DNA of 32,000 nucleotides. It comes from an uncultured Candidatus Saccharibacteria bacterium. Its GTDB lineage: Bacteria; Patescibacteriota; UBA1384; XYA2-FULL-43-10; 1-14-0-10-43-13. Location: the NCBI GenBank assembly GCA_964543385.1, contig CAZIYE010000001.1, forward strand, positions 420,001-452,000, in the 5' to 3' direction. The notes beneath the pieces were generated by a model. It saw only the letters and a list, made by a program, of their open reading frames with translations. It was not told the DNA's origin and searched no databases. The translations under genes and the position numbers were made by a program. How positions within the stretch are numbered: the first letter of the stretch is position 1; each line of letters starts with the position of its first letter. Positions 17,004 through 24,119 of the stretch are shown piece after piece.

Positions 17004-17177
17004 TCAATAATTATAATCGTTTGCCCTTCTTACTGTTTCAGGGTCATAGGAGAATAAATCATCCAGGCATTTTGGTGTACTGCAAAGCAAACACCATAGT
17101 TTTTCCAACGCCATGAAAGTGATAGCCAATGACATGATGGCGTGAATAATGAATATGATCGAGATATTACCCCTCAT
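17004..17177 (-). CDS. Small Cys-rich single-TM protein (57 aa), hypothetical
   Basis: The ATG at 17177 is preceded by GAGGAGGGG ending 4 nt upstream. The protein is MRGNISIIFIIHAIMSLAITFMALEKLWCLLCSTPKCLDD..., one TM helix followed by CxxCxxxxC. The longer 80-aa track ORF lacks an SD. Confidence 0.4.
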   Translation of the reverse strand: MRGNISIIFIIHAIMSLAITFMALEKLWCLLCSTPKCLDDLFSYDPETVRRANDYNY

Positions 17178-17521
17178 AATCCCCTCCTCAGAAGCAGTCA
17201 TTCTACATCTGATAATATTTTTAACACGAAATTTAAAGAAGCACAATAAAATACACGCTTTTTAATAAATTAATCAACTATAAAATAGATAATCTGCAAA
17301 TGAGCAAGTATTTTAAAATAAGATTCCTGCAATAAATGTCTTACTTAAAATAAGTATTACAGCTCTGTGACAAGACGCTATCTCAAACCGCTCATGATTC
17401 CAGGCTTAATCAGAAATCTTTGGCGAGTTGCGATCACCTGCCAGTAGCAGAAAACCCCTAGTAATAGAAACTATAAATCCCCTCCGATCCCCGTAATCAC
17501 TCAGGGTATCGAGGCATATTT

Positions 17522-17550
17522 ATTATCTGTCTAATAAATATTTTTGTCAA
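17522..17550 (-). promoter_or_regulatory. Sigma70-like promoter upstream of a ~340-nt leader
   Basis: The minus strand reads TTGACA (17550-17545), a 17-nt spacer, then GATAAT (17527-17522). Confidence 0.45.
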
Positions 17551-17581
17551 TTAGTTGATAGGTCCGCATATATAATGTCAA

Positions 17582-17609
17582 GGTCCCGGCAGATAAATCT
17601 ACCGGGACC
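17582..17609 (-). terminator. GC-rich hairpin downstream of the GC-rich 17650-18600 gene
   Basis: ggtcccgg (17582-17589) pairs with ccgggacc (17602-17609). The stem is a perfect 8 bp with a 12-nt loop and sits 41 nt after the stop. The trailing sequence is only moderately U-rich. Confidence 0.45.
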
Positions 17610-17649
17610 GTGATCTCCCACTCCTTCCTAAACTGTAGTTTGCACTCTC

Positions 17650-18600
17650 CTATCTGGAGAGCTCATGATCGATTTCCGATAACCGTGCTTTCATATCAGT
17701 TTCGTCCTGATCGACAAAGGCAACCTTCTGTTTTGCCGCTTCCCACTCAACTTTCTTGCGATCAGTCTCTGCTTGAGCAGTACTTCGACGCTTCGGCACT
17801 TCGCCCAACCGACGATTGAGATCTTCCCGCTCCTTTTTGAGACGGACAAGCATGTCAGCAGCGGCAAGTTCCCAGAAATGCAACGATGGCATAAAGCCGT
17901 CTTCGTTCTCGGGGTACAAGACTCCGTTGCGAATGAGAATATGCAGGAGATACTTGAAGTCGGGAACCGTCAATTCCTGATGAAGCGCCGACTTAAGCGC
18001 AGCCTTGATCGACTCCAACCGGTATGGACCCTCTCCGCTATCCGATAGGTAACTGCACACTTGGCTCATCACGGCGAATTTGGTGATTTGCTCCCCGAGA
18101 CGCTCCCTAACAAGCTGACGCTGTTCGAACCGTTGAACATCGCGGTGCTTACGCTTCCTACTGAGTGCAGCGATTTCTTCCTCGAGCTGACGATCAGACT
18201 CTTTTACATACCTCTCACAAGTTGCCACATAGTTTGGCTTCACGATCGCCAGGAATCCACACGCTCCGGCATAAGAATCAAAGACCATGCAGACTGACCA
18301 TTGCTGGTCAGACCCTTGTGGACGAACCCGCAGCTCGACGTAATCACTTCCATCGAACTTGAACCCGAAGAGCGCACTCACACCATGCATTTCGCCTATT
18401 GTCCTGATGGGCTTTACGTAGAGGATCGCCTTTTTACAAGCAATCTCGTTGTAACCCAGGACATCAGCGAGCCAACGATCGATCTCATCAACTAGACCTT
18501 GGATGTCGATCTGATGGTCCCACTTGTCGTCGAGGATCAATTCGATCTGTCGTGACCGATTCTCTTGCTGTGATAACCCCAGCCATTTTGCAATGTTCAT
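17650..18600 (-). CDS. Hypothetical protein (316 aa) with an N-terminal globular part and long C-terminal coiled-coil segments; GC-rich
   Basis: The ATG at 18600 (MNIAKWLGL...) has AAGGGGA about 8 nt upstream. There are charged heptad-like stretches (ESDRQLEEEIAALSRKRKHRDVQRFEQRQLVRERL; LVRLKKEREDLNRRLGEV...). No family was recognised. A spot GC count on 17701-17760 gives 50%. Confidence 0.55.
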   Translation of the reverse strand: MNIAKWLGLSQQENRSRQIELILDDKWDHQIDIQGLVDEIDRWLADVLGYNEIACKKAILYVKPIRTIGEMHGVSALFGFKFDGSDYVELRVRPQGSDQQWSVCMVFDSYAGACGFLAIVKPNYVATCERYVKESDRQLEEEIAALSRKRKHRDVQRFEQRQLVRERLGEQITKFAVMSQVCSYLSDSGEGPYRLESIKAALKSALHQELTVPDFKYLLHILIRNGVLYPENEDGFMPSLHFWELAAADMLVRLKKEREDLNRRLGEVPKRRSTAQAETDRKKVEWEAAKQKVAFVDQDETDMKARLSEIDHELSR

Positions 18601-18661
18601 TGCTACTTCCCCTTGTGTAACAAAAATCACTGCTTGCACTATTGCAAAGCAGTTGCATAAT

Positions 18662-18690
18662 ACTATACTATTTTTAGATCAATTTGTAAA
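18662..18690 (-). promoter_or_regulatory. Sigma70-like promoter for the 17650-18600 gene
   Basis: The minus strand reads TTTACA (18690-18685), a 17-nt spacer, then TATAGT (18667-18662). It starts 5 nt after the pcrA stop. Confidence 0.5.
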
Positions 18691-18694
18691 TGAC

Positions 18695-20656
18695 TTAGAT
18701 GATGTCCAACAGACACTCCGGTATGTTTTCAATAAATCGTGATTTTGGATTACACTGAAACCGACCGTAGATATTTCTCTCTGTCGCATAAATCATATAT
18801 AAACGCTCTTTTGCCCTAGTAATACCGACATAACAAAGTCTTCGCTCTTCTTCCATCTCAGAGACGTCCATTAAAGCTCGTGAGTGAGGAAATATTCCTT
18901 CCTCAACACCGACAATAAATACGGTCTGAAATTCCAAGCCTTTGGCCGAATGCATGGTCATCAATGTAACGACACCGTCCTCATGATTTATCTGATCAGT
19001 ATCAGAAACCAAAGCTACCTGCTCGAGAAATATATCCAAAACTGTCCTATCTTCTAGATCATCACTTGGAGCTGCTTCATAGTTTGCCTGTATCTGCTCT
19101 GCCACAGTAATTAGCTCAAGGACATTCTCCCACCTTCCTTCCCCTTCAGGTGTGCCGTCAAGAAGAGATTCTTTAAAACCAGTTTTTACCGCTATTTTTG
19201 AGATTAATTGATCTAAGGAAGTAACAAGTGACAGATTATAAAGCTCAGAAATAATTTTGAAGAACTCAACAATCTTAGCAGGAAATTCTTTAGACATTTT
19301 ATCCATTATTTTGTTATCTAAGGGACTTGTATCCTCAGTGTTTTGAGAAAAAAATTCCCTTATCTTTTCGACTGTTTTGTCTCCAATACCGCGCGATGGA
19401 GCAGCAACCAATCTGGCAAAAGCCTCCATGTCCTTCGGATTGGCTAGAAAACGTAGATAAGCGATCATATCCTTGATCTCTTTGCGCTCATAGAAACGGA
19501 CGCCGCCGACAACCTTATATGGGATCTTAAATCTTAGGAATGCTTCTTCTATAGCTCGAGATTGCGCGTTCGTCCTATACAAAACAGCGAAACTATTATA
19601 ATCAGCGCCTCTATTATGCAGCGACCTTACCTCCATAGCCACAAATTCGGCCTCATCTTTTTCATTTAAGGCCTCATAAATTGTAATCGGCGTCCCTTCG
19701 GAGTTTTCTGTCCAAAGCTTTTTATCTGTTTTATTTTCGTTAAACTTAATAACATCATTTGCAGCAGCAAGAATTGTTTTTGTTGACCGATAATTTTGTT
19801 CAAGCTTTATTACTTTTGAGTCTTTATAATCCTTCTCGAAATTTAAGATGTTACGAAAATTTGCACCTCTCCACGAGTAAATTGATTGATAATCATCGCC
19901 GACCACCATAATGTTTCGATGCTTTGAAGCCAGCAATTTAGTCCAGAGATACTGAGCTTGATTTGTATCCTGATACTCATCAATTAAAATGTATTTAAAT
20001 AAATTCTGATATTTCTCTAAAACTGATGGATTGTTTTGGAATAAAAATACACACTGCATTATCAAATCATCAAAGTCCATTGCATTAGCCTCTTTGAGAT
20101 ACCGCTCATACCGCTCAAAAACTTGTGAGGTCACTTTTTCGAAAGGAGAATTTATATATTTCTTATATCCTGTGGCATCAATCAACTCATTCTTCGCCCC
20201 CGAAATAAAATAAGAGATCGATTTTGGATTGAAATTCTTTGGATCAATATTTAGTTCTTTCATTATCCTTTTAATAATAGAAAGCTGATCGTTGTCATCA
20301 TAAATAGTAAAGCTCTTTGAATAACCCACATAGTCGGCCTCACGACGCAAAATCCTGACACAAATTGAATGAAATGTCCCAAGCCAAGGCAAGCGATAAT
20401 TTAGTTCATCCCCGGCCCTCTCACCGACAATAAGCTTAGCGACTCTCTTCTCCATTTCTTTGGCAGCCTTGTTCGTAAAAGTCACTGCCAAAATATGATA
20501 AGGCGAAACCTTTTTTTCTTTAATAAGATAGGCAATCCTATGAGTCAAAGCCTTTGTCTTGCCGCTACCAGCTCCGGCCAAAACAAGCAGGGGGCCCTCA
20601 GTCGTCATTACAGCATCAAGCTGTGGCTCATTTAGATTTTGTAATAATTCATTCAC
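18695..20656 (-). CDS. pcrA: ATP-dependent DNA helicase PcrA/UvrD (SF1)
   Basis: 'LNEPQLDAV', Walker A 'AGAGSGKTKALTHRIAYLI', 'TFTNKAAKEM', 'ILIDEYQDTN', 'VGDDYQSIYSWRGA', 'LEQNYRST', 'TMHSAKGLEF' and 'RRLCYVGITRAKE'. The start codon is GTG, with AAGGG upstream. Confidence 0.92.
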   Translation of the reverse strand: MNELLQNLNEPQLDAVMTTEGPLLVLAGAGSGKTKALTHRIAYLIKEKKVSPYHILAVTFTNKAAKEMEKRVAKLIVGERAGDELNYRLPWLGTFHSICVRILRREADYVGYSKSFTIYDDNDQLSIIKRIMKELNIDPKNFNPKSISYFISGAKNELIDATGYKKYINSPFEKVTSQVFERYERYLKEANAMDFDDLIMQCVFLFQNNPSVLEKYQNLFKYILIDEYQDTNQAQYLWTKLLASKHRNIMVVGDDYQSIYSWRGANFRNILNFEKDYKDSKVIKLEQNYRSTKTILAAANDVIKFNENKTDKKLWTENSEGTPITIYEALNEKDEAEFVAMEVRSLHNRGADYNSFAVLYRTNAQSRAIEEAFLRFKIPYKVVGGVRFYERKEIKDMIAYLRFLANPKDMEAFARLVAAPSRGIGDKTVEKIREFFSQNTEDTSPLDNKIMDKMSKEFPAKIVEFFKIISELYNLSLVTSLDQLISKIAVKTGFKESLLDGTPEGEGRWENVLELITVAEQIQANYEAAPSDDLEDRTVLDIFLEQVALVSDTDQINHEDGVVTLMTMHSAKGLEFQTVFIVGVEEGIFPHSRALMDVSEMEEERRLCYVGITRAKERLYMIYATERNIYGRFQCNPKSRFIENIPECLLDII

Positions 20657-20776
20657 CTGCTTAACCCTTACTGCTTAATTCTTAATTCTGTTCGATTATA
20701 TCGAATATACGAACAAATTCCAAACAAAACATTGTTTCATATTCAACTAAATTATTATTTGCGTTATATTAATTTA

Positions 20777-21475
20777 ATGAGCAAAGTTTTAGTCAGTGTT
20801 ACAACTTTAGAAAATCCCAAATGGGCAAAACAAGTAGAGGATCTGGCAAGATTCAATATAGATGAATTTGCAATTTTTATTTCTTGTTTAAATCCAACCG
20901 AACGTCAAGACCTTTATACTAAGCTTGAGAAGCTTAAATCCATCAAAGTTCCTTTCGCACATATTAGAACAGACGTAAATGATTCAGAACTGGAATATCT
21001 GGTTAAACGATTTGGCCTAGAACTTTGTAATATACATCCGAGTTCGGAGTTTGCCCTGCAATATGAGTGGAAAAAATATCGGAAAATTATACTGATAGAA
21101 AATGTTATACATTCAATAATTGATGAAGAAGAATTAAAAACCTTCGGTGGAATATGCTTGGATACTGCTCATTTAGAAAACCATCGATTATCAGATATGC
21201 CCAAGTACGAATATACTGTAAAACTAATTCAAAAATATTCAGTCAAGGCTAACCATATTAGTGGAATTTTGCATATTCCGGCTCACATAGACACCGGACA
21301 TCCCGAAAGACTTTGTTATGACAATCACGATGTACACTCAATTACTGAATTTAACTATCTAAAAAATTTTCCGAAAGATTACTTTGGCAAATATTTATCA
21401 ATTGAAGTTGGAAATGATATTGAGGCTCAATTAAAGATAAAAGAATATATCAAGAAAGTTCTAAATATTAAGTAA
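20777..21475 (+). CDS. Hypothetical protein, possibly a xylose-isomerase-like TIM barrel (AP-endonuclease-2 superfamily)
   Basis: The start was moved to the ATG at 20777 (MSKVLVSV...). Only weak cues support the family call: 'ICLDTAHLENH', and His/Asp/Glu spaced as in sugar-phosphate isomerase/epimerase barrels. Confidence 0.3.
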   Translation: MSKVLVSVTTLENPKWAKQVEDLARFNIDEFAIFISCLNPTERQDLYTKLEKLKSIKVPFAHIRTDVNDSELEYLVKRFGLELCNIHPSSEFALQYEWKKYRKIILIENVIHSIIDEEELKTFGGICLDTAHLENHRLSDMPKYEYTVKLIQKYSVKANHISGILHIPAHIDTGHPERLCYDNHDVHSITEFNYLKNFPKDYFGKYLSIEVGNDIEAQLKIKEYIKKVLNIK

Positions 21476-21560
21476 AAGATCCAGTAAAAACAAAAAGAGC
21501 AAACCGCTCAAGCATCACCTCCTTACAGAGGTTCACTCTCTTCGCGATCCGCTCTCGGAT

Positions 21561-22817
21561 CTATTTTGTCATTGGCTGCTGCATAATGCTGGCATAGGGC
21601 AGGAAATCACCAACCCACCGCTCAATCGGTGTCGCGTCGAAGATGGTCCTCCCGAGAAGGGCGTTGCCAACGCTGGCAATCGCTTCCTCCATCATCCGAA
21701 TGGAATGAACAGCGGCTTCGCCGATCTGTTTTTTGGTGCGGTAATGCGGAACGAGGTGTGCCTGCCAGGCATCATCATGATCGGCTTTTGCCTGCTCGAT
21801 TGCATCGTAGATACCATAAACACGGAAGATCGCACGTTGGATCTCCTTGTTTGCCGGAATCATGTATACACGCCCATCGGGAGCTGTGTAGGCGAGCATG
21901 ATCCTATTCTCATCGGGATTACAGGCGAAGTCGGTGAAGATCGGGAAACCGTTAACGACCATACCCTCAGTTTTCCCGTCGATGCTCATGAGGCCCAGCG
22001 CCTTGCAGTAATCGCGCTGGTGACGAGCATTCTCTGCCACCGTTTTCCGCCAAGCCATAAAAGCCAGCGGATCAAGGTGCATCATCAGCCGCGCCTCATC
22101 TTCTGTCATAGTAGCATCACCTGCCGGCCGAAACTTCGTGTCGAAATTGATAGCCGGTTCGGCAATCATGTGGCCCGGATTGGGGATACAATCAAGACCG
22201 GCCGCCGCGAGTACCCGCACCATCGCCGGATCTTGCATGATCCCGGGGATAGCCCGAATCTCATCAAGCCCGACAATCGTATCGGCATAAGTAGCGATCT
22301 TCTCATACCGTTCTACCATGTTGGCCGCGCCAAAGATCTTCTTGAAGGTTGAGCTCCCGAGCGGGAACCCCCAACGATGAATACATTCTGCGTCAGCGAC
22401 GAACACGTTGATATCGCCCGAGTTGATCAGTCGGTGATAAATCGCTCGCGTTTCGTCCGTTATCTTATCGCCGAAGACATGGGGGGTTACCCCCAGCTTC
22501 ATAACAATGATATCGGAGAGTTCTCCGCGGTCCATCAACGTCTCCACATCCGTGATCTTACCATCCTTGTCGAGCATACCGGCATAGGTATGTTGGAAAC
22601 CGGCTGCAGAGGCCTGCTCCCAATACCGTGCCGACGTCATCGCCAAAATATAGTTCTTGTCACGGATCTCGATTGGGGGTATTAGCTCCTTGAGATCGCC
22701 GACCGAAAAGCGGCCGGATACCTGCCAGGCGCCAAGCCCCAACGAATTGAACCCCGGCTTTCGAAATAACCGGCCTCCAGGGCTGTCACCCTGAATTTGA
22801 TCTTTCACTGAACCCAT
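21561..22817 (-). CDS. Hypothetical 418-aa protein with a possible SAICAR-synthase-like nucleotide-binding core; GC-rich
   Basis: The ATG at 22817 (MGSVKDQ...) has GAGAGGAAG upstream. 'SIDGKTEGMVVNGFPIFTDFACNPDENRIM' resembles the PurC 'vDfKlEfG....g.vvL.DE..sPD.sR.W' motif (D.K.E.G ... D ... PD..R). The rest was not recognised. A spot GC count on 21601-21660 gives 58%. Confidence 0.3.
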   Translation of the reverse strand: MGSVKDQIQGDSPGGRLFRKPGFNSLGLGAWQVSGRFSVGDLKELIPPIEIRDKNYILAMTSARYWEQASAAGFQHTYAGMLDKDGKITDVETLMDRGELSDIIVMKLGVTPHVFGDKITDETRAIYHRLINSGDINVFVADAECIHRWGFPLGSSTFKKIFGAANMVERYEKIATYADTIVGLDEIRAIPGIMQDPAMVRVLAAAGLDCIPNPGHMIAEPAINFDTKFRPAGDATMTEDEARLMMHLDPLAFMAWRKTVAENARHQRDYCKALGLMSIDGKTEGMVVNGFPIFTDFACNPDENRIMLAYTAPDGRVYMIPANKEIQRAIFRVYGIYDAIEQAKADHDDAWQAHLVPHYRTKKQIGEAAVHSIRMMEEAIASVGNALLGRTIFDATPIERWVGDFLPYASIMQQPMTK

Positions 22818-22972
22818 AATCACTTCCTCTCTCTTTTTCAAGAGATAGTCCATGCATCCATGCAAAAATATCTGACAGAGATCCTACTCGGCCACCAGTT
22901 GGAAAAGTACCTCCTCTAGATTGTATTAGATAACCAAACAAGGCACACACTATGTGCCCTGTTTCCAACTAA

Positions 22973-23001
22973 TGTATACCAAATCAGACAATAAATTTCA
23001 A
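22973..23001 (-). promoter_or_regulatory. Candidate promoter for the 21561-22817 gene
   Basis: The minus strand reads TTGAAA (23001-22996), a 17-nt spacer, then TATACA (22978-22973). The predicted 5' end would fold into the 22936-22964 hairpin (12 bp, one mismatch). Confidence 0.35.
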
Positions 23002-23008
23002 TTTTGAC

Positions 23009-23052
23009 AACTAAAAAATCCCATCTGATTTCTCATTTGGGATTTTTTAGTT
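23009..23052 (-). terminator. Strong A-tract/U-tract hairpin (bidirectional-terminator type)
   Basis: aactaaaaaatccca (23009-23023) pairs with tgggattttttagtt (23038-23052) in a perfect 15-bp stem. On the minus strand the loop can add a 3-bp TGA/TCA helix capped by GAAA. The 3' arm ends in GGGAUUUUUU. Confidence 0.6.
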
Positions 23053-23567
23053 CGGGCAGAAGTGATTTACGGACTAATTGGAAATTAGTTTTTTAATAAT
23101 ATTCCAGCCGCGTCAACTTATGCCCTCCATAAGAGGCTTTGATATTGTGTCTCCGCCAAAAGATTTGTGATCCCTTGATAGAAACTATCTTGTCCTCTTA
23201 AATTTCTTGTTTGTGTCATGAACTTGGCGGGTCAAATTTCAATTCAAACCCGGTCAGACACTTTTTTATTTTCGAGTAATCCCTTTGAAGGATATATATC
23301 TTCCAAAAGAATATTACTTCATCTTGCTAATTTCTTAGCAAGAATGAGCTGGGGAGGAGTTCTTTCACCGATTCACTTTTGAAGTGACTTTGTAAAAGAT
23401 TCGATAACCATTAATTTTCTAGATTATTTCCTCCTCTCAAGAGTAAGGTAGGGGTGGACCTTTCTCTTGTCCCATCTCATTCTAGCTAAAGAAAAAGACA
23501 TTCCGGAAGGAATGCCAATTTTGCGATTCCCTCCAAGCACTTATTTGATTGTTAATGTACTACTAAA
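23053..23567 (-). ncRNA. Candidate ~0.5-kb non-coding transcript of unknown class, running from its own promoter to the terminator
   Basis: No ORF of 60 aa or more exists on either strand between 22969 and 23670. A near-consensus promoter lies at 23575-23603 and a terminator at 23009-23052. Several perfect local hairpins occur: tcttgctaa/ttagcaaga at 23322-23343 and cattcc-GGAA-ggaatg at ~23499-23514. No Rfam-type motif was recognised by eye. Confidence 0.3.
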
Positions 23568-23574
23568 TTAAACC

Positions 23575-23603
23575 ATTGTATCAATTAGAACACATCTTGT
23601 CAA
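23575..23603 (-). promoter_or_regulatory. Near-consensus sigma70 promoter firing into the ORF-free region
   Basis: The minus strand reads TTGACA (23603-23598), a 17-nt spacer, then TACAAT (23580-23575). Confidence 0.5.
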
Positions 23604-23670
23604 TAGTATGCTTGCAAATTTACACACCTATAAATAAATATTTAATATAGGACTTAGTAATTTTTAAAAA

Positions 23671-24075
23671 TTATTCCCCTGCCCCTGGAGAATATTGGCC
23701 AAAACCATTTCTGTTTTCAAAGTTTGATTTTTTTGGCAGCAGCTTTGCGCTGACAACAAATTTCCTATTAGCAATTTCGTCAGTCTGGCTCTCCTGATAA
23801 AACTGCATTAGCTCTGCTGATAAAATTTCTTTCAGCGTCGACATTTCTTCCATATTATTCTTTATATTAGCTAGTACTTCTTGATTTGGACCCTTGCCCA
23901 AAATCTCATCCTTAATCTGCTTCTTTTTCTGGCCTGCAGCTTTAGTTTCCTCGGCAGCTTCTAAATATGCCAAATCATTCTCCAATTCACCCTTCAGCAT
24001 TTCCTTTGAGATTTTCACCTCTTCCTGTAATTTTTCTAGTTGATCGATCCTTTTTTGAATAGTCGTCAAATCCAT
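23671..24075 (-). CDS. Hypothetical coiled-coil protein (134 aa)
   Basis: The composition is Lys/Glu-rich and heptad-like (IQKRIDQLEKLQEEVKISKEMLKGELENDLAYLEAAEE...). Base composition is backbone-like. No family was recognised. Confidence 0.55.
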   Translation of the reverse strand: MDLTTIQKRIDQLEKLQEEVKISKEMLKGELENDLAYLEAAEETKAAGQKKKQIKDEILGKGPNQEVLANIKNNMEEMSTLKEILSAELMQFYQESQTDEIANRKFVVSAKLLPKKSNFENRNGFGQYSPGAGE

Positions 24076-24119
24076 GACAAAAATCTCCGATTAAATATTA
24101 TCGCTCCTGCATTACATAA

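Noticed and set aside
17395-17450. Fluoride-riboswitch-like start (GGUGA-loop-UCGCC-AAAG...CUGAU) in the 17.4-kb leader
   Set aside because: Only the P1-like hairpin and a CUGAU resemble the crcB motif. No P3 hairpin or pseudoknot partner could be drawn, and the downstream genes are not fluoride-related.
17610-18742. Plus-strand ORFs (17610-17819, 17773-18048, 18061-18297, 18165-18362, 18301-18495, 18524-18742) opposite the coiled-coil gene
   Set aside because: These are shadow ORFs of a GC-enriched CDS. None has an SD or a recognisable motif.
21629-22968. ORFs 21629-21901 (+), 21705-22352 (+), 22377-22685 (+) and 22786-22968 (-) around the SAICAR-synthase-like gene
   Set aside because: These are antisense or out-of-frame shadow ORFs in a ~58% GC segment with no SD. 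The 22786-22968 ORF spans the promoter, hairpin and start region of the real gene.
518-23001. Assembly chimerism as the explanation for the GC-rich islands
   Set aside because: This cannot be excluded without reads, but it is unlikely. There are four separate islands, each bounded at gene ends. Each is joined to backbone-like AT-rich promoters with correct SD spacing, and backbone operon structure is intact on both sides.
23218-23382. 54-codon plus-strand ORF (MNLAGQISIQTRSDTFLFSSNPFEGYISSKRILLHLANFLARMSWGGVLSPIHF)
   Set aside because: It has no SD, lies opposite to all its neighbours, and shows no recognisable motif. It is retained only as part of the 'decayed gene' alternative in the ncRNA finding.
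22969-23670. Attempted to identify the ORF-free region as RNase P RNA, tmRNA, SRP RNA or an intron
   Set aside because: Only weak, mutually inconsistent fragments were found. 'agagaaaggtccacc' on the minus strand only loosely resembles GAGGAAAGUCC. 'caaacccggtcag' on the plus strand only loosely resembles the P4 3' strand. The cattcc-GGAA-ggaatg hairpin lacks the SRP helix-8 internal loops. No tRNA-like 3' end and no tag ORF for tmRNA was seen. The region is left as class unknown.
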